From the NCBI GenBank assembly GCA_964016885.1, contig OZ024745.1:28644001-28708000 (forward strand): 64,000 nucleotides of DNA, given 5' to 3'. Below the pieces are notes generated by a model that searched no databases, was not told the origin of the DNA, and worked only from the letters and a program-made list of their open reading frames with translations. The translations under genes and the position numbers were made by a program. Shown piece after piece: positions 12,385-27,399 of this stretch. Position 1 is the stretch's first letter. Each line of letters begins with the position of its first letter. The stretch comes from Eledone cirrhosa. Taxonomy: Eukaryota.

Positions 12385-12555
12385 GGGCCTCAGGGAGATT
12401 CAACGTGAAATAATGTGTGACAAAACTGACCCTTTGAAATACAAGCACAACTCATTTTTTTCCAGCTGAGTAAAGTAAAATTAAGTGTCTTGCTCAAAGA
12501 CTGGAAATGAACTCACGTCTTACGATCGGGAGCCGAATACTTTAACCACTTAGCA
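12385..12555 (-). mobile_element. tRNA-derived SINE fragment (second family)
   Basis: Reverse complement has GCTAAGTGGTTAAAG…GTGAGTTCA and TTGAGCAAGACACTTAATT. Confidence 0.55.
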
Positions 12556-12935
12556 CATGCTTCGAATGTATATATATACATATATACTCTAGTAGTCATA
12601 TCTGACTTTGCCCAGGGTTTATTAATATTTGAAATAAACGCAAACATATGAATTTACAATATTTTGAATAAATTTAATCATAAAAGTGCTGACATTTTCT
12701 AGGAATGTTGATTTATTCAGAAATTCTACAGTCGACTAGCCCAGACAATTTTCGAGATGAACTTCAGAAAAATGTGAAAAAAAAAAAAACAAAAAAAAAA
12801 ACGCCCCGAATTATAGGGCTTAAAATAAAATTTTGGTAAAAACATGCTTTTTCTAAATACTGTCCAAATTTATGTAATTTCTCCAAATGTAACATTTTTT
12901 GTAAACAGTAAATTTTCGGTGGAAAATTGGCACTA

Positions 12936-13665
12936 AATGGGAGCAAAAACCACTGCATGGGCAGTATGTTCTCAGTAGCAAAGAGCCTGAAGTAGATCAA
13001 GCTCTCACTCATCAGTGGCTGCGGAATTCTGGGCTAAAGGCAGTGAGTGAAGGCTTCATTTTGGCTGCACAAGACAGTGTCTCCCAACACGCAACTTTCA
13101 AGCCAATGTGATCAGAAATGGAACTGACTAAAAGTGTCGATTCTGTGATGAACATGTTAAGTCCATAGATCACCTGGTTTCAAGATGCAAGGTATTAGCT
13201 GCCCAAGAATATAAAACGAGGCATGATAGAGTGGAGCAATACTTACACTGGGTAATGTGCAGGTTTTATGGTCTGAAAACGGAGAGAAAATGGTACAACC
13301 ATCACCCAGAGGCATTAACAGGCGGCGAGAATGCAACAATCCTCTGGGATTTACCTGTGAATACTGACAGAACAATCAAGGCTAACCGACTTGATATAAT
13401 TGTTAAGGACCATAAAGAGAAAACATGTTTCTTAATTGACATGAGCATTCCATCAGATCGTAACATCTCAAACGAGTTCAGAAATCTCAGTAAGTATAAA
13501 GATCTATCAATTGAAATTGAGAAAATGTGGCATCTTATGGCCTGTACAATACCAGTGATAGTTGGTGCACTTGGAATGATAAAAAAAAGGAACTGAAAAA
13601 TATTTGGACCGGATACCTGGAAAGCCATCGCTGCAACAGATACAGAAAATAGCGCCGACTGGCAC
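12936..13665 (+). pseudogene. R4/Dong-like non-LTR retrotransposon 3' fragment (CCHC + restriction-like endonuclease)
   Basis: Translates to LHGQY, EGFILAAQD, CRFC…SIDHLVSRC, RHDRV and NRLDIIV…LIDMSIP…KYKDL, with frameshifts and stops. Confidence 0.85.
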
Positions 13666-14539
13666 TATATATATAGAGAGAGAGGCCACATAAAAACGAT
13701 ATGGGCACCATAACATACAAATATAGACAATAGATAAAGTGATATAAAGAGAGAGATTGAGGAGTAGGAGAGAGAATGAGCGAGAAAAGAAGGGAACGAA
13801 CATACATATGAAAGTGATTCGAGCGTGTATATAATATTTAGATAGATAGACACACACACACACACACTCACGTATATATATATAGAGAGAGAGGGGAGAG
13901 GGGGAGCAAGTGATGGAGGTGGAGGTAGATATTAACTGCCCATCCACAGAAACCAAAATTTGCCTTTAATTGTGAAGCGGGAAGAAATAGGACACGCAAA
14001 CAAGTAACTTGTATACGAATTTGGAGGGGGTTGGGGAGGTGGCTTGGCTTGTTTTGCTTTTGTTCCTTTTAAGGCCAAGCCAAATCGGTGCTTTTAATTG
14101 GTGTTGACCTTTCATCATTAGACAAACCAAACTGTCATGAAAAAAAAAAAAAAACGTGAGTCATATTTCTATTGAACACATTAAATACATCCTTTCAGAA
14201 TTGCCGCCCGACATCAAAGGCGAACCGCCAAAATCTGGACCAACCTCGACCCCTCCTCCCATCCTACTAAAGCCACAGTCTTTTTTAAATTTTATTCTTT
14301 TAACTAGGTTCAGTAATTGGACTGCGGCCATGCTGGCGCACCATCTTAAAGTTATTTAGTTGATTATATCACTGCCTCCAGTACTTGCTTTATTTGCAAA
14401 TCTAGTACTTATTTCATCGATTAGTTTTTTGTTGAACCGAAAACTTACGGGGCATAAACACAGACACAACGCAAGCGTAAAAACAAAAGTTCTCGTGTAT
14501 ATCTAGCTTTATATGGAGAAGCAAGGTGATGCATTCAAC

Positions 14540-14710
14540 AATGCCATGGGGCGCTGGACGGACGGGCCGCTTAAGTTGCTCGGGGTCTGATTCAGCCTGG
14601 ACGTTTAGGGATAGGAAGATGGATGAGGTAGCAAGCAAAGTATCAGTCTCACCCAGAAATGGACCGAGAAGAAACTATCTTTGAAAGGCGGAGCAGAGGT
14701 GGCTAATATT
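14540..14710 (+). pseudogene. old Tx1 ORF2 fragment
   Basis: Translates to GRWTDGPLKLLGV…QKWTEKKLSLKG.AEVANI, homologous to the ORF2 at 57565. Confidence 0.7.
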
Positions 14711-14719
14711 ACGTTTTTA

Positions 14720-16440
14720 AAGCACCACCCTAGAGTTAAAGATTTACAACATTTTAAGCCGAACTCTTAGATATGATATCCCATATTAAATTCCATAAAC
14801 ACAAATTATTTCAAAATAAGCTCTCTAACGATATAAACGTTTTAAAATTCTTTACTAATGTTTTTTGTTTTCTCCGATAAGATTAACAACCTGTATGGGA
14901 TAGATAATTAAAGATACAATTAATTAATTCTAGATTATTTTACAAAGAGGTATAAGCTAGGCCAGATTTTATAAGAGATGAAGCTTCGTGTATTGTTAGA
15001 AAGTTAAAAATTAACAGTGACAGACCACAAGGCTGATTTTACTATCAGACCCAGATCTATGTTACTAATCCCAGCCCGAATTGAATCAGACTGACCAGTA
15101 AGAAAACATTAAGACATGTTAATGTACGTATTAGGAAACATATGATTCTCTTACAATGGAACAAAACAACTTCTGTTAAAATTTGGTGCAGAGAAATCCT
15201 CTCTGGGAGTAGAGCTCGATTCACACAGTTTGAAATGGTGGACATTTACTCCTCAATTTCTAGGCCACCATTAGTTAGTGTTTTACAGTTCACCCGTAGA
15301 TGTAGAAATATTAGTGTTCAGAAATTAGACGTCATTATGCACGCCAGCAAAACCCTGTTTTTTAACATCGAATCTGATGTTTAAGAAATCTGAACCAGAA
15401 GATTCTTTTAATGTCTCGATGGTGTCATATGACAGTACTGATGTGTGTGACCTGGTAGGATTATATATTCTTGATATACTAAAGAATCAATTCCCCAACC
15501 ATGTAGTTGGTATATACCGAAACGATAGCCTGACCTTATTACACAATTGTGATAGCCACACACTAGATAAGTTCCGTCAAAATGTAATAGCTATCTTCCG
15601 AACCTTAAGACTAAAGATCACAGTAGCTATTTTCTATAAGCTTAATGAAATGCATAAATGCATTAACATAGCTTCCTGCTACCACCACTCCGCATAGTAT
15701 TTAATAATCTAGTCCCTAACATTAGCCACAGGATTTCCAATGTATCATTCTTATGGAAATATTTGATAAGTCACCCTCTTGTTACAATAGCACCTTCGTA
15801 GAAAGCTTCAAAGATAAGGTTCAGTATACACTAAACACCTCTTCTCACAATAGATCAAGAAGTAGGTATAGGAAAATTATCTGTATGAAGCCACCATACT
15901 CCTTAAATGTAAAACATTAACGTAGGTAAGAAATGGCAAGAACTAATAAATAGACATTTCCATTCTCGGCACAGATATAGTAAGATCTTTAGCAGGCACT
16001 CCGTCATGATCAGTTATTCATACGGCCCTTCTATGAAGTAAATGATAGCAGCAATAAGTACACCCAGGGAAGAATGAGACTGTTATTAGGGGATAAAAAT
16101 CGAATGCCCTCTGCCACAGTATTGTAATATTAAGTCCATAATATATGAGATCGAAATTGCACCAGTCAAGCTGTGAACAGGAAAAGATATGCATGTGGTG
16201 CAAGAAAACTTTAAATAAAGGTTTTACTAACATGTCTCGTTCTTCATATACCTTTCATATACCTTGAAATGAAAACAGCTACGGCCAGTGCGAAACACGT
16301 GTGGGAATTGAAAGACAAAGGTATTTCCCATGTAATAAAATCAAACATTCTAGACAAGATCAGTCCATACACCAATGGATCAAAGAAATGTGACCTTTGT
16401 ACAAGAGAAAAACACAGAATACGCCAGGGATATATAATCT
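14720..16440 (+). pseudogene. decayed Penelope-like element (Nematis-like RT + GIY-YIG)
   Basis: Translates to FNVSMVSYDSTDVCDLVGLYIL…GIYRNDSL, then HVWELKDKG…PYTNGSKKCDLC..EK. Confidence 0.75.
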
Positions 16441-16687
16441 TCAAATGAATGGCTCAACTGTAATTCCACGGAACTTTTCGCCAAACCTTGCTCAGATATT
16501 TTGTAAAGAGGTGCCTGGTGAATCAGTTAAATAACAGCGGTTGCGATTAGGCTGTCTTGTCAGAGCACGGAACCTAAGGTTGCACAATCATTTTTGTATG
16601 TACGAATCAATATAAGTTTTTCCTACTTGTCGACTCTCTCGCTACACATACACTCAAACAGACACATATACAGAAATATATATGTAT

Positions 16688-16734
<47 letters not shown>

Positions 16735-16891
16735 CTGTATATATATATTTGTATGTATATATATATATAAGCATATGTGGGTGTATACATTCAGATACAC
16801 GCACATACATACACATACATACATACATACATACATACATACATACACAAACATATGTATGGATGTATATACATATATAAACATATTTGCA

Positions 16892-16936
<45 letters not shown>

Positions 16937-17124
16937 ACACACACACACATATATATACATACACGGTGAGAGAAAGATAGATGTGTAGGGCGGCGGAGGA
17001 GAAACATTACAAACAAAAGCAAGTGATAGTAACAAGGAACAACAACGAGAACAACAACAACAAACAAGAATAAAAGAAAGGAAATCAAAGATAACGAAGG
17101 CGAATATAAGAAAGAAACAACAGA

Positions 17125-17810
17125 TATATGTATATGTGTATGTATATGTGTATGTATGTATGTATGAATGTATGTATGTAGGTATGTATGTGTACGTTTG
17201 TATGTATTGTATGAATGTATGTTATGTATGTATGTATGTATATGTGTTTATGTATGTTATGTATGTATGTGTATGTATGTTATGTATGTATTAATGTATG
17301 TATTTGTGTATGTATGTATGTGTGTGTATGTATGTATCTATGTAGGTGTGTGTGTGTATGTATATATGTAGGTATGTATGTATGTATTAATGTATATATG
17401 TATGTATTAATGTATGTATATGTATGTATGTGTGTGTATGTGTGTGTATGTATGTATGTGTATGTATGTATGTAGGTATGTATGTATGTATGTATTAATG
17501 TATGTATGTATGTATTAATGTATGTATGTATGTATGTATTAATGTATGTATGTATGTATTTATGGATGTATCTATGTAGGTATGTGTGTGTATGTAAATA
17601 TGTAGGTATGTATGTATGTATTAATGTATGTATTAATGTATGTATGTATGTATATATATGTATCAATGTATATATGTATTTATGTATATGTATGTATCAA
17701 TGTATGTATGTATGTATTAATGTATGTATGTATGTATATGTATGTATGTATCAATGTATGTATGTATTTATGTATATGTATGTATCAATGTATGTATGTA
17801 TGTAGGTAGG
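17125..17810. repeat. (TATG)n-based microsatellite with TTAA/TCAA interruptions
   Basis: Direct inspection. Confidence 0.9.
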
Positions 17811-18628
17811 TAGAATGTATCTATGAGTGTGTATGTATGGATGTGAATGTGTGTAAATAAATAAAAAAGAAAAAAATTAGGAAAGAAAGAAAGAGAAAGG
17901 TAGAAGAGTAAGAGAGAAGGGGAGAGAGAATGCGAGATAAAGTTAGAGAGTACGTGATACGAAAGATGAAAGAGTGAGAGGGACGAAATATATGTAGAAA
18001 AACAATGGAAAAAAAATGGAAGATAGAAGAGAGGGGTGAAGGAGCGATGGATGGTAGAAGAGCGGCAGGAAGGGGAGATAATAATGAGAAATTGTTGGAT
18101 AAAGTCTTAAGTGGAAATGTTAAGAACTGAAGAAAAAAGAAAAAGATAAAGAAAAAGGTTTAAATGTATAAATAACTGATGAAAGGATGAAAGGAGAATA
18201 TTGGAAGAATATGTGTGTATTTGTGTGTATTTGTGTGTGTGTGTGTACAAATTATATATATATTAATATATACATACATATATTTATATATACATATATA
18301 CATATATATTAATACATATATACATATATATATGTTACATATATATGTGTATCTATATATACATATATATATATATTTATATATATATATACATATATAT
18401 ATATGTGTATGTATATGTATATATATGTGTGTATGTGTATGTATGTATATACATATATATGTATATATATATATATATATACATATATGTATATACATAT
18501 ATGTATATATATATATATATATACACATATGAATATGTATATATATATATATGCATATATATATATATATGTATATATATAAACACACCAACAAAAGCAA
18601 ACACCCACAACACACACAACACACACAC

Positions 18629-18734
<106 letters not shown>

Positions 18735-19189
18735 TATATATAAAAGATATCAAATAGAAAAATATAAGAGAAAATTATCAAAGAGAGAAAGAAAGAAAAA
18801 TGAAGGAAGAAAAAGGAAGGAAGATATAGTATAAGAAAAGATGGGGGAAATAAAAACAACAGCAAAAAAGGGTGACAACAACAATAATTGGAGAGTATCG
18901 GGAGAGAAGTGGAAGTGAAGGGGAATAATATATATAAAGAGAAGAAAGCTAGAGAGAGAGGGTGAAGAGAGAGAGGAGGGAGAGTGAGAGAGAGGGGGAG
19001 AAAGAGGATAGCGAGGGGAGAGAGGATAGAGGGGGGGGGGGGGTGAGAGAGAGGGGAGAAAGAGAGAGTGAGAAGAAGGAAAGAAAAAGAGAGAGAGCGA
19101 CAAAGTGAGAGAGAGATATAGTGTTATGGTGTAGAGCTAGCTTACTTTGAAAAGCAGTAAAAAGTATGTAAAGTGTCTTTGGGGGAATG

Positions 19190-19480
19190 GTGATATTGAT
19201 GATGGTGGTGGTGGTGGTGGTGGTGGTGGTGGTGGTGGTGGTGGTGGTGGTGGTGGTGATGAAGGTGGTGGTGGTGATGGTGGTGGTGGCGGTGGTGGTG
19301 GTGTTGATGATGGTGGTGGTGTTGGTGGTGGTGACGAGACGATGATGGTGGTGATGATAATGATTGTGTTGGTGGTGGTGGTGGTGGTGATGATGACGAT
19401 GAAGGAGAAGAAGAAGAAGAAGAAGAAGAAGAAGAAGAAGAAGAAGAAAGAAAGAAAGAAAGAAAGAAAGAAGGAAAGAA
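19190..19480. repeat. (GGT)n/(GAT)n/(GAA)n compound microsatellite
   Basis: Direct inspection. Confidence 0.9.
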
Positions 19481-19635
19481 AGGGAAAAAGTAGAAAAGAT
19501 TGTCAATAAAGATGATAAATAATATTTTGAGAGAAAGTAGCCGAGATCTTTCGAAGGTGAGATATGAAAACTAAGATGGCCGAAACTGTAAACCGCTTCA
19601 AATGTTTTCCACTCCGTTTATTTTCTATACACTTG

Positions 19636-19707
<72 letters not shown>

Positions 19708-19734
19708 CGTGCGTGTGTGTGTGTGCGTGAGTGC

Positions 19735-19801
<67 letters not shown>

Positions 19802-19811
19802 TACATGCACT

Positions 19812-19932
<121 letters not shown>

Positions 19933-20357
19933 AGTTTTATAGTTGAGAGACGATGAGAGAAGGTGGAGCCCGGCCTATTATGTAATGGGGTCGGAGTCGC
20001 TGCAGATAATAATTGCTTTATTAGCTTTATTATATAAAAACCACGTAATATGACAGCTGCAGCTTGATAACGTCTGTCTTCCTCATTTGGTGGCTGTTCC
20101 GGTCTGTGTTCGGTTTGCTGAGTTTGGAGATGCTTGCTCAGTGTTTTGTGAAGAGATTGGAGCAATAACGGTCTTATTTATACACACACACACACACATA
20201 TACATACATACATAATACCAACCAATGACCTCCACCCATCCCTCTCCTACCACCTGAAAAGATATAAATACCACAACATTTATTTTGGACAGCCAGATTC
20301 CTGACGATTTCTAATGAATGAAACAGTTCTAGTCCTGTAGAATCTCATTTATATTAA

Positions 20358-20401
<44 letters not shown>

Positions 20402-20588
20402 GAGTTAAACAAGATTCAATGAGTATATCAAAGAATGAGTTTTACAGTAGATTGGAAGCACTCTACAAGATATAATTTTCCAGAGTTATTAATATTAAAA
20501 TACAAATATTAATAAAATAGATGTTCTTTTGACTACCTTGATTAAATGTTAACCATCTAACATCTCAAGGTATGTCATGTATCATTAT

Positions 20589-20641
20589 ATTTTGTCTGAT
20601 GAGGACGCACTGTTGTACCTCCGAAATATGTATAATAAAAT
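20589..20641 (+). ncRNA. type I hammerhead ribozyme inside a 41-bp inverted repeat
   Basis: ATTTTGT-CTGATGA-GGA…TCC-GAA-ATATGTAT-A-ATAAAAT. Inverted-repeat arms at 20492-20532 and 20650-20690. Confidence 0.7.
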
Positions 20642-20749
20642 TTAATTGATCAAAAGAACATCTATTTTATTAATATTTGTATTTTAATATATATCCAGGT
20701 GTGTTTAAGCTTATCTTTTTGCTGGAATATAGTGTTAGTTATGGATAAC

Positions 20750-21330
20750 TCCATCTACTCACACAAAAGAAGTCCGTTACTGTTGTAAAGACCAACACCA
20801 TGCCTACCAACCACACTCCATGTGTTCTGGTCTTTACCTACCCTAGCATTAAAGCCACCTAAGATGACCATCTTATCTGCTATAGGTATACTAAGTACTA
20901 CAGCTTTTAAAGTTTGGTAGAATGATCATTTCTTTTCTTCAGTCAGATACTATCGGAGCGTATGCACTAACTACAGTTACATAACTACTTCTTTGCAGTG
21001 AAATTCTTATGGTCATCAAACGTTCGTTTATATCCAATGGAATTCCTGAAGCCTGGGCATAATTTCTGATTTCACTGCAAAGGTGATTCCAGCCTCTCTT
21101 TTTAGCCCCTCCACTCCACCTTTCCGAAAGAAAGTGTAGTCACCAGCGCTTTTCATTATATGACTTACACCCAGCAAACGAATTTTCGACAGAGCAACAA
21201 TGTCCAGATTGTAATGACGTAGCTCTTTGGCTACAAAAGCTGATCTCCTCAGGATGTACTGAAGACGTAGTGTCAAACGTCCTCACATTCCAACAACCAA
21301 TATTTAAAGGTTTCAAAGGTTTCACTGCAG
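20750..21330 (-). pseudogene. RTE-clade LINE APE endonuclease fragment
   Basis: Translates to LNIGCWNVRT…RRSAFVAKELRHYNLDIVALS..RL…YTFF..G…GITFAVK. Confidence 0.8.
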
Positions 21331-21679
21331 TATTGGGACAACAACAGGGCCTGGGTCGGTGTGCCAGGATACCTTCCGGGTCTGACCCTTTCACCAGATG
21401 TTGTTTCAGAGCCTTTATTGCCATTCAATTCAAAATTTTGAGCGCTTTGTTTCAACAGGTTACCTTTTAAGGTCATTCAGATCTTTCAAAGATCCTATGA
21501 AATCGAGTAATGCTTATGCGTGAAGTTTTTTTATAGTGAGGAAAAGCCCTACACTGGACCAATCCCGCTCACTGAGCAACAATAACTATGGTGTGAAATA
21601 AGAACAGATCAATATATATATATTTTTATATATGTGTGTTTGTGTGTGTATACATATATACTTATATATATATATCTAC

Positions 21680-21790
<111 letters not shown>

Positions 21791-21864
21791 TAGATGTTCA
21801 TATATATATTTACATATACATGTATATGTATAGGTTTATTTATAAGTATATATATTTGTGTATG

Positions 21865-22016
<152 letters not shown>

Positions 22017-22255
22017 TATAAATATATAATGATTTTCTATTCACTTACTCCCCATTTCATATGCTTTTTATTTCATCTTCTGACGTAAAAATCACTTTGA
22101 TTCGCAAATAAATTATATTGTTTCCTTCTTTCTTTTTATGAATCTTATTCCTCTTCTTTTTCTTCTTCGTTTTTCTTCTTGTTGTCAGTTGTTGTTGTTT
22201 TAGGAATGTTCTTGCTGTTCAATATTGCTGTTTTATTTGATTGATTTCTGCCGTT

Positions 22256-22344
<89 letters not shown>

Positions 22345-22449
22345 GTGTGCGTGTGTGTATTAGTTTTATTTATCTGAGATCAATGAATTTTTGCCTCCGA
22401 CAATCCTCTAAAGCAAATAGCTCCATCTGTCGGAGAAAGTGAGAGAGTG

Positions 22450-22568
<119 letters not shown>

Positions 22569-22643
22569 AGCAAGAAATGGAGTAAGAGAATGAGAGTAGT
22601 TTCTACCGGACTGTTTCAAGCGGCAATGTATCACTCACTCACT

Positions 22644-22686
<43 letters not shown>

Positions 22687-22869
22687 TTAATACATTAACA
22701 GAGAAAGCCTTAAGCGATACTCTGACCAACTCCATCTCACTCAACAAACATTAGGATATACCTAAGTATAATCCCAATTTAGTGTTTGGGGTGCTAACTA
22801 AACAGTATTCCGTGGAAAGTTGGTTGTATTATTTTATATGAGACATAATTAAATAAATCTCTCTTTCCT

Positions 22870-22992
22870 TCCAGATGGCCGTTTCGTTATAAGATTTCTA
22901 CAATTTGGGATAAATAATTTCCAGGTTATGTAGAAACTTGTATATAATCCATAGAAATACACACAAGCGGGCCCTTATAACTCATCAGTGGA
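22870..22992 (-). ncRNA. hammerhead ribozyme with large branched stem II
   Basis: Minus strand: TCCA-CTGATGA-GTTATAAG-(~80 nt with two inner stems)-CTTATAAC-GAA-ACGGCCAT-C-TGGA. Confidence 0.7.
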
Positions 22993-23084
22993 TGCCCATG
23001 CAATATCGATATAAAAAACTACATCGATATTAATAATTAGTGATGGTCTCCGTCAGTGCTAGAAGGACAGCTAAATTTGAAAAA

Positions 23085-23129
<45 letters not shown>

Positions 23130-23134
<5 letters not shown>

Positions 23135-23370
23135 CAAAGGAGAGGCACAAAAACAAAGAAAAGAATCCACAGTCACTGAAGAGGTCACAGAATGTGTGAC
23201 GAAAGAACTTTGACAATATATGAACAATTGTCTGGTTGTGGAACCAACCAACCAGCCGGAAATTTATAAATTCTTAAATTTATAAATTTAATTTATAATA
23301 AATTGGAGTGAAAGCAACTGGTGCGTGTGTTTCTTATTGGCAACATGACCCTCCCAAAGCATAACAATAT
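23130..23370 (+). mobile_element. solo Penelope pLTR with hammerhead (23172-23214)
   Basis: GTCA-CTGAAGA-G-GTCACA-GAATG-TGTGAC-GAAAGAACTT-TGAC. Its terminus resembles that of the PLE at 4800. (TA)n on both sides. Confidence 0.75.
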
Positions 23371-23388
23371 ATATATATATACAATATA

Positions 23389-23440
<52 letters not shown>

Positions 23441-23685
23441 TATATTGTATATATATATATATATATTGTTATGCTTTGTATATATATATGTATATATATC
23501 AATATATATATATATCAATATGTATATATATCAATATATATATATATATGTGTGTGTGTATATATATCAATATATATGTATTTATATATATATATATATC
23601 CCCACCACCACCCCACTCTCCAGAGCGTGAAATTAATAAACATTCTTTGTACTGCCTCTCTGTTTTGTTCCTGTTCAAATTTTCC

Positions 23686-23800
<115 letters not shown>

Positions 23801-24214
23801 ATGTAATAAACAACATAAGATAATTAATTCATTTACCAGTGGTTTCTTGAAGAGAGATATTTATATCTGTCTTCAGTCGTCAGAGAGAATAAAATGGAAT
23901 GTTTATTAAATATGGATTTGAAAACAAAATTTAGGAAATATGAAAGTGAGGCTGAAATTAAATTACGGGCAAAAAATTGAGGGGAAAAAATATATAAATA
24001 AATATCCAGAACATAAACATACACACACTCAAACACGCGCTTATACGTAATAGTACGTAAACGTATACATTCTCACATAAGTGTATGCGCGTCTACATGG
24101 AAATACGAACACACACATATAAACGTGTGATCTTTTGCTCACATATGCGCACTCACAGGCGCACACTCACACATATACTCAATAATAACGTAATATACAT
24201 ACTCATATACACAA

Positions 24215-24307
<93 letters not shown>

Positions 24308-24538
24308 CATACACACATATACACATATATATATATACGCACCCATATATATACACATATATATACACACATATATATATAGTGGCAGGACATTGACCTT
24401 TCCGCCCTTGCCTTCTATTTTTACACACGGCACTAGACAAGATTGTTTCTTTATCGTACACTCTCATCCGGGAACAGTTCTGTATGGCGCCAGTTCGTGA
24501 TTTGAACTCGGGAATTTTATATTCTTCGAGTGAGAAGA

Positions 24539-24622
24539 ACCCTCTGACGAAAGTCTCCTTCTCAATGGTGTTCCGCATGGATTATCCATTTATTTTGAGA
24601 CTTGAAATCGCGCGGTAGGGGT
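24539..24622 (+). ncRNA. type I hammerhead ribozyme
   Basis: ACCCT-CTGACGA-AAGTCTC…GAGACTT-GAA-ATCGCGCGGT-A-GGGGT. Self-complementary stem III and GUA site. Confidence 0.8.
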
Positions 24623-25006
24623 CTCACTTACGACTGCGGCGATCGGACGTGTGTCTTGTTCCTCTCGACTACTCAGTCTTGAACTTAAGTTCTCTTATCG
24701 AATGGTCTTGGATTTCCTACCTATAGTTGCTCGCACATTGCTCGGTTTGTTGTTTTTCTCTCGCTGTTTTGTTACTGTTTTCTCTTTTCTTCCCCCTTGC
24801 TTTCCTTCCCCCCTTTCTTCGTTTTCCCAATAACTTATCCAGTTATTGACGCCCTGGGGTGAAGTGGTATCTTGTCTTTAAAGCGTAGAAATATCCGAGA
24901 CCCCAGTAGAGAACTGATGAGGACCCCCCCCCCCCCCCCCGTTCTTGCTTGCTTCGTATTCCCACTGCATTTAAGTTACCTTAACTAGCAACTACACAGT
25001 CATTTC

Positions 25007-25149
<143 letters not shown>

Positions 25150-25219
25150 AAATGTGTGAAATCCTTAGTACAGTTAGGTGTATTTAAAAAAAGGGATTTA
25201 ATTTAATTTTATAATATTA

Positions 25220-25734
25220 CTAGCAGTGGTACCCGGCGTTGCACGGGATTAAGGTATTGTGAAATATATAACCGCCCTAGCTAAGCTTAGTATTGCCACA
25301 ACCACGGCTGGCAAAGCAGTAAGGGTCTGGTGGTTCGTGAGTAAGCAACACTGTGGCTTAAAACGTGAGGAAGAAGTGTGCACTTACCAACTGTTTGGGG
25401 AATGAGTGTTAGATTTGTCTTGAGCCAGGGTGGCAGAATAACTGGAGGCAGCAGGCAGCTAGACATACAGACAGATATTATAAGGGCGCGACGTTATATG
25501 CATGTATCTATCTAAAAAGAGAAAGACTAAGAATTATAGAGAGAGATCGGTTAATCGTCTAATGCGGTCCCTAGGGCATTGAAAATTTTAAATTGTTTTT
25601 GCTCAGAACACTCCCTGAAACATAAGTATTACATGTGTAAAGTTTGAAAACAGTCGGTTGGGTGCTTCTCTGGTTTTAGGGATTCAAACTCACACACACA
25701 CACAGACAGACATCCTCAGTTTTATATATATAGA
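25220..25734 (-). mobile_element. non-autonomous Helitron
   Basis: Minus strand: A|TCTATATATATAAAA..TGTCTGTCTGT at the 5' end. 3' hairpin CCCGTGCAACGCCGGG followed by …CTAG|T. Confidence 0.85.
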
Positions 25735-26037
25735 TAATATAAAATTAAATTAAATTGTTTAGAAGTACAAGTGAAGTCATTCTTTTCTTTATATATATTA
25801 TATATATATATATATGAAAAACATGGGAAGAAAGAGGAATACTGCGTGGTTGCACATGGGTTACATATTATAAAATTAGTCCCTCATCAGTGATTTGCCA
25901 ACCATCATTGGTATTTCATCGCATTAAAAATCAGATACCTCAGGTTGGTGCGAGCAATAACTAAAATAAGCTGTTGGGACAAGTGAATCGCGTAGAATAT
26001 GTAAATACATGTAACTTGATATATACCCCCCCCTCCC

Positions 26038-26120
<83 letters not shown>

Positions 26121-26203
26121 GGTAAACAGAAATAATAACACAATCGGTGCAGTATATGGAAGGGATATATTAAGGTTAACGCTTGATATAGCAGGAAGAG
26201 GGT

Positions 26204-26237
26204 CTTAACGTTTCGGACGCTAGTCTTTCATCAGAAG
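26204..26237 (-). ncRNA. minimal hammerhead ribozyme
   Basis: Minus strand: CTT-CTGATGA-AA-GAC-TAGC-GTC-C-GAA-ACGT-T-AAG, with palindromic stem III. Confidence 0.65.
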
Positions 26238-26362
26238 TCTTTCATGAGAAATAAGATAGATTGAGGAGACGGGCGGGGTGGAATTGGAAAAAAATGTCTT
26301 TAGATAAAAATAACAGGTCCATTCATGTTGACATCTCTTGGAGAACTGTTGATTCTGGCGTT

Positions 26363-26542
<180 letters not shown>

Positions 26543-26555
26543 CATATATATATAC

Positions 26556-26635
<80 letters not shown>

Positions 26636-26637
<2 letters not shown>

Positions 26638-26828
26638 GTGGTGGATTGGCAGTATTGAGTATTGGCAGTATTGGTAGAGGGTCGGACGCCATGCTTTCCA
26701 GCATAGTTACGTCCCTTTACGATCTGAGTTCAAATCCCGCCGAGGTTGACTTTGCCTTTCATCCTTACGGGGTCGATAAAATAAAGTACCAGTAATGCAC
26801 TGGCCTTGTGCCTAAAGTAGAAACAATT
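26636..26828 (+). mobile_element. tRNA-derived SINE (Meta/MESC-like core)
   Basis: Same family as 203-392, with a small internal duplication of ATTGGCAGTATTG. Confidence 0.85.
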
Positions 26829-27399
26829 ATATATATATATATATATATTGGTGATGAAGAATATGAAAAGTTCCGTAATCTGTTATATTTTGTATTAAAT
26901 CCTGTCACTGTTATCAACACCGAATTACCACCCCTATCACCACTACTACCACTGTCACCACCCTCTCCACCACCTCCACCACCACCACCTCCGCCAACAC
27001 TACAACAAATGAAAGTACAACCCAATCTGCACACCCACCACGTCCCTAACACATGCCTACGTGGCAATAAACGTAAGGGACAACGAATAAATGAACCCCA
27101 TACATCAATACACAACACTAAACGATTACATCACATCAACCATCACCTTACCAGCACACAACAATTACCAACTCTACACAAGACATTCATACAAAACTAA
27201 AAATAAAATTCCCTCCCTCAATGATTAGGTGATGTCTGGTCATCGGCTTTCACGCCCATTTTCGACGAGTACGAGGTGTACACATTTCTAAGGTGTTTGT
27301 AATAGAGTAGCGGAGTCACTGTGATCTTTTGAAAACGTCTGGATCTCAGGATATGACTTGTTTTAATGGAACCAGAAGGTAGGTCAGTCATGCTCAACT

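Noticed and set aside
24910-24960. CTGATGAGGAC hammerhead-like start
   Set aside because: Followed by poly-C with no GAAA or closing stems.
25860-25900. minus-strand CTGATGAGGG…CCC
   Set aside because: No GAAA after the putative stem II.
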